Origin: Candidatus Micrarchaeota archaeon
GTDB taxonomy: Archaea; Micrarchaeota; Micrarchaeia; Burarchaeales; JACRGF01
Reading direction: 5' to 3'
Assembly (NCBI GenBank): GCA_016212395.1
Contig: JACRGF010000062.1
Coordinates: forward strand, 5,315-69,314
DNA length: 64,000 nucleotides
Made by a program: the position numbers and the translations under genes. Under the pieces are notes generated by a model. That model saw nothing but the letters and a program-made list of their open reading frames with translations. It was not told the DNA's origin and searched no databases. This document shows positions 45,785 to 53,377 of this stretch, piece after piece (the first letter of the stretch is position 1; each line of letters begins with the position of its first letter).

Positions 45785-46123
45785 ATGGTCAAAAAGAAGA
45801 TTAAGTTAGAGCCGCGCTGGCTAGACGACAGAATCTCGAGGACAATGCTTGCAGACAGCTTGGCGCTCGCAGCAACGCAACGGAACATTAACATGGACTA
45901 CGACATGGAAGAACGCATCAGGAAACTCGAGGACAGGTTCCAACGCGAAGTAAGAAAAGAAAAACGCGGAAAAAGCGGAACGAAAAAGGCAAAAAAGCCA
46001 GCAAAAGCAAAAAAAATCAAGATACCGGCGAAAATAAAGCTGAAAAAAACTGGAAAAACATGCAAAAAACCGAAAATAAAAAAGAAAACTGCTAAAGCAA
46101 AGAAAGCGAAAAAGAAACGCTGA
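45785..46123 (+). CDS. Small protein with a Lys/Ala-rich histone-H1-like tail
   Basis: C-terminal KRGKSGTKKAKKPAKAKKIKIPAKIKLKKTGKTCKKPKIKKKTAKAKKAKKKR. Confidence 0.5.
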   Translation: MVKKKIKLEPRWLDDRISRTMLADSLALAATQRNINMDYDMEERIRKLEDRFQREVRKEKRGKSGTKKAKKPAKAKKIKIPAKIKLKKTGKTCKKPKIKKKTAKAKKAKKKR

Positions 46124-46167
46124 AAAAACAACTAGTTCTAGGAAAAAAACGCGGATTCTGAAAAAAA

Positions 46168-46363
46168 GCTATAGCAAACCACGAAAGTAATGCGATAAAA
46201 GTCTAATAACTCGTTCTCGTGGTTTGCTTTGAGTCGACTGATGTCGACACAGTCGACTGCTGTTGACTTGCCGGCATTTCGGCCGCAGTCAAAATCGTCG
46301 ACTGCTCAACAACGCGAGGCGTTGTTGAAGTTGTAAACCGCATTACTTATGCAGTTTACAGTA
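46168..46363. repeat. Copy 2 of the three-hairpin repeat element, carrying a 64-nt internal insert
   Basis: Same flanking hairpins as 33335-33466. The insert sits at the palindromic gtcgactg site and repeats gtcgactg three times. Confidence 0.85.
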
Positions 46364-46435
46364 GTTCTAAAAAGGGAAAAAAATCGCTGAAAACACTGAT
46401 TTTTGAAAAAAATAAAATTAAGGAAATAGAAGCGA

Positions 46436-46606
46436 TTAGTGAACTACTGCTATGGGGATGACGTTCTTTTCGAACTCGGCGAACGCGAGCCTTACGGGGT
46501 TTAACGCATCACCGCTTACCTCAACTAGAGGCGGAGCTCCGAGCGAAAGCTGCAAAGCCCTCGCGCCGATAATCCTCGCCTTTTCGTACCTGTTTATTTC
46601 CACCAC
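46436..46606 (-). CDS. rpoK: DNA-directed RNA polymerase subunit K (Rpo6)
   Basis: Translated by hand: VVEINRYEKARIIGARALQLSLGAPPLVEVSGDALNPVRLAFAEFEKNVIPIAVVH. The RYEKARIIGARALQ core is diagnostic. GTG start after aggtgg. Below the ORF-track length cut-off. Confidence 0.85.
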   Translation of the reverse strand: MVEINRYEKARIIGARALQLSLGAPPLVEVSGDALNPVRLAFAEFEKNVIPIAVVH

Positions 46607-46639
46607 TCAAACCACCTATTGATTAAAATTATTTTTCAG

Positions 46640-47452
46640 CTATTTTTTCTTTTTCTTCTCTGAAATCATGCGAGTCAATTCCTCGATGCGCGAACGCACC
46701 TCGGAAGACTGCTCGCCTTTAGAGTGCCGAGCGTGCTTTTCTTCATGCAGGTTGTCGCTCGTGCGCAGAATGCCTTCAAAAGAATCAATGGGCATTGGCA
46801 CAAAGTCTTTCGCAGGCTCTTTAGGCTGCTTAGCATGCTCTTTCCCAGACTCTAAAGCCTTTCGAATCGCTTTCAGCTCTTCTAGTATTTCGAATAAAAG
46901 CTTTTTATCGCTTCCACTCCCATGCAAACCAAGCTCGACAGGCGAGTTTTCAGCATTTTTAGCCTGCTCAAGCCCAGCACGCTGGTTTTTCGACGTCATA
47001 ATCCAGATTACTTCCTGCGCGTCACTCACTCCAGGGATATTCACTTCGCCCGCCTTCTTGTCGCCAATGTCGATTCGGAGAGTTGAAATACCGAAAATCT
47101 GGTCTATAAAATGAATGCCTGAACGCACGACGCGGACTTCCTTCACCTTGTCGTAAGGAACAACAGTCTTCTTCTTGCCGACAATGCCCTGCTCTATCAC
47201 TGCCTCTTTCTCCCCGAAAGAATAGTCGAAACCATTGTAAAACAAGCTTGCCCAAGCCCATGTTGCAGCCAAGGAAACGAGCGAAACAACAGACAACACG
47301 ACGAACAACAGCAACCCGTTCGACAAGCCCTCGACAACGCGGTCCTCAGGGTGAATGATGAGATAGCCCATCATCACAACAAACCACACGCACGCCAAAG
47401 CCAGCAAAGCTTCAGACAGCCAAACGAATTTCACACGCGGATTCAACTTCAC
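46640..47452 (-). CDS. Membrane protein with a bacterial PH (bPH_2/YdbT-like) domain
   Basis: Two N-terminal TM helices. Then GEKEAVIEQGIVGKKKTVVPYDKVKEVRVVRSGIHFIDQIFGISTLRIDIG. Confidence 0.65.
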   Translation of the reverse strand: MKLNPRVKFVWLSEALLALACVWFVVMMGYLIIHPEDRVVEGLSNGLLLFVVLSVVSLVSLAATWAWASLFYNGFDYSFGEKEAVIEQGIVGKKKTVVPYDKVKEVRVVRSGIHFIDQIFGISTLRIDIGDKKAGEVNIPGVSDAQEVIWIMTSKNQRAGLEQAKNAENSPVELGLHGSGSDKKLLFEILEELKAIRKALESGKEHAKQPKEPAKDFVPMPIDSFEGILRTSDNLHEEKHARHSKGEQSSEVRSRIEELTRMISEKKKKK

Positions 47453-47706
47453 AAGAAAAACCTCGAATAACTTTATTCAAACTCGTAATAAAAACCTAAC
47501 GTTAGAACGGCAAACTGCCAGAAACGGAAACAATGAAAAAAAAAATGAACGGCAAAACAACTGTTTACTCCGTCGAACTCGTGGTTTTTTGTTTTTCGCG
47601 CTGGGGGTTGCATTCGTTTCCTTGAATGGATGCACAGCGTTAGTTTGCGGGAGGGTTTTTATTTTTTCTGTGCGAAATAAATTCTTCTCTAAGGAGGTTT
47701 GTTTTC

Positions 47707-47880
47707 GTGGCTTTCAGCATTGACTTGAGCAAGTGCATTTACTGCGGAGCGTGCGTAGGCGTGTGCCCAGTGCTTGCCTTGCGCTTGCGGGAAGTGAAGA
47801 TAGAAGAGAAAGGATGCACGGCGTGCGGCATTTGCGTGAAAGCATGCCCCATGAACGCTATCACTGTGACTAAAAAATAA
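47707..47880 (+). CDS. 2x[4Fe-4S] ferredoxin
   Basis: Translated by hand: VAFSIDLSKCIYCGACVGVCPVLALRLREVKIEEKGCTACGICVKACPMNAITVTKK. Two CxxCxxCxxxCP motifs. aaggagg SD. Below the ORF-track cut-off. Confidence 0.85.
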   Translation: MAFSIDLSKCIYCGACVGVCPVLALRLREVKIEEKGCTACGICVKACPMNAITVTKK

Positions 47881-47901
47881 CAGGAAAAATGGTGAAAAAA
47901 C

Positions 47902-49095
47902 ATGAATGATTCTTACGACGTTATTGTTGTTGGCGCTGGCCCAGCAGGCAGCATCGCGGCGAAGACTGCAGCAGAGAAAGGCGCGAGCGTTCTCATGCTC
48001 GACAGGCGCAAGGAATTCGGCGCGCCGGTAAGATGCGGGGAAGGCATTGGCTTGCACTGGGTGAAAGAATTAAACTTGAAAGTCAGCCCCAAGGCAGTAA
48101 GCGCGGAAATAAGCGGCGCTGCGTTGTACGGCCCGGACTTGAAAACACGCCTCATAATACGCGACGATGAAAGCAAAGGGTTCGTGCTTGACAGGAAAGT
48201 GTTCGACAAAGACTTGGCGCATGATGCTGGGAGGGCAGGCGCTGAAATAAAAGCAAAAACAGACGTTATTGACTTGCTGAAGGAAGGCAAGAGAATAACC
48301 GGAGTGAAAGCGAAAACGCTTGAAGGCGAAACAATAGAAGTAAAATCAAACGTAGTTGTTGACGCTGAAGGAGGAGAGAGTTTGCTCGCGCGCCTCGCTG
48401 GCTTGAACGCGATAGCAACTCTCTACGACACTGACTTTGGAGTAGAATACGAAATGGTGAACGTAGAATGCGAAGACTTGATTGAAATTTATTTCTCGAA
48501 CGAATTCTCCCCGCGCGGGTACGTGTGGATTTTCCCGAAAGGAAAAGACGTTGCAAACGTTGGAGTTGGAATAGGCGGGCTTAACGCCCCGAACGCAGTC
48601 CATTACTTGAACAAGTTCCTTGCAGACGCGAGAGTGAAAGAACGATTGGGAAAAGCACAAACTGTTGCAGTGAAAGGAGGCCTCATTCCAGTAGGCGCTC
48701 CGCTCGAGAAAATGGCTGTAGACGGATTTATTGCAGTCGGGACTGCAGCGCACCAAGTAGACCCGATTCACGGCGGTGGAATTTGCCTTGCGCTCGACGC
48801 CGGAATGATTGGAGGCAGGGTGGCAGCGGAATGCGCGCTTGCTGGAAAAACAAGCGAGAGAGACTTGAGCGCTTACGAAACAGAATGGCGCGCGAAAAGA
48901 GAAAAAAAACTGTTGAAGCGCCTCAAGCTGAGAAAGACTCTTGAAAAACTGAACGACGCGGACTTGAAAGCAATATTCGAAAACCTGAACGACGCGGACG
49001 TCGCAAAACTGTTGAGCGGAGACTACGCGCCAGTAGTAAAAAAAGTGCTTGTGAAAAGGCCGCAGTTGCTGAAAGTGCTGACAGCGCTCGTGTAA
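47902..49095 (+). CDS. Geranylgeranyl reductase family (digeranylgeranylglycerophospholipid reductase-like)
   Basis: YDVIVVGAGPAGSIAAKTAAEKGASVLMLDRR...RCGEGI. FAD-binding fold, 397 aa. Confidence 0.85.
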   Translation: MNDSYDVIVVGAGPAGSIAAKTAAEKGASVLMLDRRKEFGAPVRCGEGIGLHWVKELNLKVSPKAVSAEISGAALYGPDLKTRLIIRDDESKGFVLDRKVFDKDLAHDAGRAGAEIKAKTDVIDLLKEGKRITGVKAKTLEGETIEVKSNVVVDAEGGESLLARLAGLNAIATLYDTDFGVEYEMVNVECEDLIEIYFSNEFSPRGYVWIFPKGKDVANVGVGIGGLNAPNAVHYLNKFLADARVKERLGKAQTVAVKGGLIPVGAPLEKMAVDGFIAVGTAAHQVDPIHGGGICLALDAGMIGGRVAAECALAGKTSERDLSAYETEWRAKREKKLLKRLKLRKTLEKLNDADLKAIFENLNDADVAKLLSGDYAPVVKKVLVKRPQLLKVLTALV

Positions 49096-49321
49096 CCGCA
49101 AATTCTGCCGAATGTTTTCGTTAGTAATGAACGGACTTGATTTACCTTACAACAGACTTTGATTTTGTGTGCTAAACGTTCACCTCTTGTTTTTTAGGCA
49201 TACATTTAATTTGTAAAATGTGTGGTAAGCATTAATAACTTCTGTTGAAGTTCATGATACACACGAGCGATTTTTGTGTAACCGTTACAAACAATCTTGA
49301 ATTTTTGTTTTGGCATTTGCT

Positions 49322-50206
49322 TCACATATAGTTCTTATGCTCCTTTACGTACCTTTTAAAGAACCATTGCACGAATATGGCGTCGTTTTTCTTTACTTGC
49401 GAGCGTTCGAGTGCATTGTAATAACTGCTTCTGTTTTCATAGGGAATGTTTAGAAGTGGAAAACCATGCTTATGCAAAACGAAATTCATAAGAAGCCTGT
49501 TTGTTCGCCCATTTCCATCGCCAAAAGGATGAATAGTAACAAACTTTAGGTGCACTAACGCTGCCAGTTCAACAGGGTGAATTTTCTCCTTGTTCCGATT
49601 GTACCATTTGAAGAACTCATTAAGCAAAACTGGAACTTCAACCGGGCTTGGCGGCATGAATCTACATCCAGAAATGGCTACTTGATACTCACGCATTCGG
49701 CCTGCCATATCTGGTTTCGTCCCTTCAAAGAATTTTTTATGCCAATAAAAGACTATCTGCAAGGCCAGATCTTTTTTGTAATCAAGAATTTCATAGAATA
49801 ATTTTTCATGCGCTTCTGCTTCTTTTATATCCTTAACTGGCTTGGAACGAGGCGTCAGCCCACGTTCAAGAAGATCTGCAGTTTCTCGATACGTAAGTTT
49901 TGAACCTTCAATTCTGTTAGTATCGTATGTAAATTTAACTGAAAACGAGCGAACTCGTTTTTCTAATACGCTCTCAGGGGTTTTCTTCTCTTCCTTAAAG
50001 TAGTTCTCCTTGATTGCATTTAGTGCAGGGTACCAACGTTCCTTATAAATTTCAGAAAGGAACTGAACTTTGAGCTCTTCGATTTTATTTGGAATTTTAG
50101 TGCCTAAATATTTCTCTCTAGTCGCAACCCCGCGTTCAGTACGAATAGTATGCTCCAGATAGTAATAGGTTCTTGTGCCAACCGTCTTCTTCTTTACCGT
50201 TACCAT
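49322..50206 (-). CDS. Fic-domain protein (class II, with internal inhibitory motif)
   Basis: HPFGDGNGRTNR matches HxFx(D/E)GNGRxxR. The upstream TNRIEG fits (S/T)xxxE(G/N). Confidence 0.85.
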   Translation of the reverse strand: MVTVKKKTVGTRTYYYLEHTIRTERGVATREKYLGTKIPNKIEELKVQFLSEIYKERWYPALNAIKENYFKEEKKTPESVLEKRVRSFSVKFTYDTNRIEGSKLTYRETADLLERGLTPRSKPVKDIKEAEAHEKLFYEILDYKKDLALQIVFYWHKKFFEGTKPDMAGRMREYQVAISGCRFMPPSPVEVPVLLNEFFKWYNRNKEKIHPVELAALVHLKFVTIHPFGDGNGRTNRLLMNFVLHKHGFPLLNIPYENRSSYYNALERSQVKKNDAIFVQWFFKRYVKEHKNYM

Positions 50207-50216
50207 GCTCTTTTAT

Positions 50217-50266
50217 TACCCTTACATGCTTATATATTTTTCTATTTTGTTAAAAATGTAAGGGTA
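50217..50266. promoter_or_regulatory. 11-bp inverted repeat flanking the TATA-like box of the fic promoter
   Basis: tacccttacat (50217-50227) and atgtaagggta (50256-50266) bracket gcttatatatttttctattttgttaaaa. Confidence 0.5.
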
Positions 50267-50305
50267 TAAAAGCGCGTTTCATTAAGGAAATGCACCCCAG
50301 CAAGT

Positions 50306-50887
50306 TCACCATTCTTCGTAAGTTTCGTGGTTGAACTCGTAGAGTTTTCCATGCTGTTTTCCTTCAAAAAACTTTTCTATCACTTCCTGCTTGGAGCCGC
50401 TGAGCGTGACTCCGTGGAACGGGTCGAGCAAGTGGTGGAATCCATTGAATTCGTAGAGCACGAACGCGTGCTTGTCCGCGCCTTCGCTCGCGACGATTAC
50501 TCTCGCAGAATTGTTTTCAAGCGCAACGAGCAGGGAGCACAATAAAGTTGCCTTGTCCATTTCGTCTGCTGCTTTCAACTCGAGGATTTCCTCCAGTGAA
50601 AGCCAGAATTCGACTGGGAGCGGCTCGTTTGAAATTTCGTCCCTCACGAGCTCGAACGCCTTGAGCGCTGCAGCCTCGAAATCGCGTTCTGAAATGTAAG
50701 GGTGGAACTCTGAAACGATTTGCTCCCGGAGTTTTTGGATGACTGGGTTCTTTGGCTGCACGCGTTCTTTAAGCTCTGGAACGCTTTTCGCCTCGCCTTC
50801 CTCAATCACTTGCTTGTAGCGCTCGATAATTTTCTTGTACAGTGCAGCCTTGCACTCTTCTCCTGCCACGAAAGCATTATAATTCAC
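50306..50887 (-). CDS. Transglutaminase-like (Cys-His-Asp) fold protein
   Basis: DKATLLCSLLVALENNSARVIV...KHAFVLYEFNGFHHLLDPFHG fits the C...H...D transglutaminase-core spacing. The start is uncertain: GTG at 50887 was chosen to avoid overlap with the divergent 50922 gene. Confidence 0.45.
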   Translation of the reverse strand: MNYNAFVAGEECKAALYKKIIERYKQVIEEGEAKSVPELKERVQPKNPVIQKLREQIVSEFHPYISERDFEAAALKAFELVRDEISNEPLPVEFWLSLEEILELKAADEMDKATLLCSLLVALENNSARVIVASEGADKHAFVLYEFNGFHHLLDPFHGVTLSGSKQEVIEKFFEGKQHGKLYEFNHETYEEW

Positions 50888-50921
50888 GAGTATAAAATAC
50901 TTGTTGTAGAGGCGTTTTTTC

Positions 50922-52217
50922 GTGGAATTAGAGTTTTTTGGAGGGGCAGGGGAAGTAGGCAGGAATTGCTTCATGGTCTCTGAAGGCAGAGACGACCTCA
51001 TGCTCGACTGCGGAGTAAAGCTCGGTGAAGTGGAGGAACACCCGCTCCTCTCGCCTGAAGACATTCACCGCGTTCGGCGCATAGCAATATCGCACACGCA
51101 CTTAGACCACATTGGCTTTCTCCCGTACATGCTCAAGAAAGGATGCAAAGCGCCAATTTACTGCACGAAGCCAACGCGGGACATGACGCAACTGCTCTTG
51201 TCAGACTACCAGCGCATTGGAAGAGGAAGAAAAATTACAACGAAAGACGTTGAACGAGTGATGAGCGCGTGCAATATTGTGGAGTACGGGGAGAAAGTGT
51301 GCGACGGCATGACGTTCTCGTTCCACAACGCAGGCCATATTCTCGGAAGCGCGATGGTGCTCGTTGAAGGCGAACGCAAGAAACTGCTTTACTCTGCAGA
51401 CGTGAACATGCGCGGCACGAAACTGCTTGACGCCGCGAGGACGGGGTTGGAAGCAGAAGTGCTTATTTTAGAGTGCACTTACGGAGGGAAGGAAGACAAG
51501 CTGCCTGCAGTGAAAACCGCTTCAAACGAACTCGCCGAAGCAATAAACCAAACGATAATTGAAGGCGGAAGCGTGCTCATCCCGACATTCGCAGTTGGCA
51601 GGGGGCAGGAAATTCTGCTCACGCTTGACGCATACATGCGCTCTGGCTTGCTTGAGAAAGTGCCGATTTTCATTGACGGAATGATAGTGCGCGCGAACCG
51701 CATCTACCGCCACAATATTCTAAGCGCGCGCGACGAAATACAGAAAAGCATTCTAGTAAGTGAATACGACCCGTTCAAAAGCCCGTTCTTCCACCAAAGC
51801 GAGCGCAAGGACAGGAGCGACGTGCTCGAACAACAATGCATAATCGTCTCTACGAGCGGAATGCTCACAGGCGGGCCTGTGCTCGGGTACTTGAAAGCAC
51901 TCGCAGACAACAAGCGCAACAAACTCCTTCTTGTCGGCTACCAAGCGGAAGGAACACTCGGAAGAAAACTCTTGAGCGGAGAAAAGAAAATAATAATAGA
52001 CAAAGAGGAAGTCGACGTGGAAATGAGCGTGGGGCAAGTGCCGTTCTCAGCGCACAGCGACCACCAGTCGCTCCTCCAGCTCGCCAACTCCACGAAAGAG
52101 CTGAAAAAAGTGTTCCTCGTGCACGGCGACCCGCACAAAATAGAAGACATGCGCGCGGACTTGGAAAAAAAATACGAAGTAATCGTGCCAAAAAACGGGG
52201 AAGTGCACGCGCTGTAA
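50922..52217 (+). CDS. Beta-CASP metallo-beta-lactamase RNase without KH domains (aCPSF2-like)
   Basis: [32 protein letters not shown], LVHGD. Confidence 0.85.
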   Translation: [431 protein letters not shown]

Positions 52218-52230
52218 AACACGAGAAGAG

Positions 52231-52294
52231 TGTTTACAGAATGTAAACAAAACGTTTATAAAACATAAACAGCATGTTTACAGCATGCAAACAC
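52231..52294. promoter_or_regulatory. Three operator-like inverted repeats spaced ~22 nt apart upstream of and overlapping the MNT start
   Basis: tgtttaca-gaa-tgtaaaca (52231-52249). gtttat-aaaac-ataaac (52254-52270). tgtttaca-gca-tgcaaaca (52276-52294). Confidence 0.55.
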
Positions 52295-52818
52295 TTGTAT
52301 CGAACAGGAAAAGAAAAAAATTGCTGGAATACTTGCTTGCGAATGCCGGGGAAAAAATTTTAGTCAGGCGAGTTGCAAGCAAGCTTGGGCTTAATGCAGG
52401 GTTCGTGTCTGTTTTTGTAAGCAAGCTAAAGCGCAAAGGGATTGTTAAAGGCGGAACTGTAAACTTGGGTTCTGCCCAAGCAAGACTGTGGAAAATTGTT
52501 TTCAATATCAACGCAGTGGAAAAGATTGCTGGAGAAATTATGCGCAGTAGCAGCGCTCTCGGAGTTGGAGTCTACGGGAGCTGGGTGAAAGGAACTAACA
52601 CTGAAAAAAGCGACTTGGACTTGTGGGTGAAAGTGAAAAAGCTTCCCGGCGCGCTTGAAGCTGCAAGGCTGCGGGCGCAAGTGAGAAAAAAACTCGGAGT
52701 TGAACCAAGCATATTGTTCTTGACAGGAGAGAAAATCACGCAGATGAAGAAAGACAATCCTCCAATGTATTTTTCGCTTGTGCACTCGTTCGTGTTGAGA
52801 GGTGAAGGCGTTGATTGA
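52285..52818 (+). CDS. wHTH + minimal nucleotidyltransferase (MNT) protein
   Basis: N-terminal LLEYLLANAGEKILVRRVASKLGLNAGFVSVFVSKLKRKGIV. NTase motif GVGVYGSWVKGTNTEKSDLDLWV. Confidence 0.75.
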   Translation: MQTLVSNRKRKKLLEYLLANAGEKILVRRVASKLGLNAGFVSVFVSKLKRKGIVKGGTVNLGSAQARLWKIVFNINAVEKIAGEIMRSSSALGVGVYGSWVKGTNTEKSDLDLWVKVKKLPGALEAARLRAQVRKKLGVEPSILFLTGEKITQMKKDNPPMYFSLVHSFVLRGEGVD

Positions 52819-53233
52819 TTTAAATGAATGTGTGGAAAAAGGGCTTATCAGGAAGACGGTCGCATCAAAAGAACAGGCGTTGGCTGGATTGAAGAAAGCA
52901 AGAGTGCTGTTAAAAGAGGCGGAAGAGGATTTTGAGGACGAACGGTTTAATTCAACAGTAGTCGTAGCATACTTGGCAATATTGAATGCTGCGCGGGCAG
53001 TATTGTTCAGGGATGGCTACCGCGAGAGAAGCCACGCGTGCGTCGCACGCTACCTTGAAGCAAAATACGCTGGAAAAATTTCGCAGGATTGCATAGACTT
53101 GCTGGATTACTTTAGGGAAACGAGGCATGAAGTGCAGTATGAATCAGATTATTTCGCTGAAGCAGAAGCAGCAAAGCAGATAGCAGAATTCGCGGGCAAG
53201 TTCATAAAACTAGTTGAAGAGTTGCTGAAGTGA
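52802..53233 (+). CDS. HEPN-domain protein (partner of the MNT)
   Basis: 143-aa helical protein overlapping the MNT gene by 17 nt. YRERSHACVARYL region. Confidence 0.6.
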   Translation: MKALIDLNECVEKGLIRKTVASKEQALAGLKKARVLLKEAEEDFEDERFNSTVVVAYLAILNAARAVLFRDGYRERSHACVARYLEAKYAGKISQDCIDLLDYFRETRHEVQYESDYFAEAEAAKQIAEFAGKFIKLVEELLK

Positions 53234-53377
53234 ATAATGCACGAAGAAAAAATCAAACAAAACAGAAAATATACGAAAGAAAAAAAACTGCAAACTGAAC
53301 ACGCAAAACTGAAAACTCAAAACCATCCAAAACCTCTAAACTACAAAACATCTAAACCCAAGACACTAGACTGAAGA

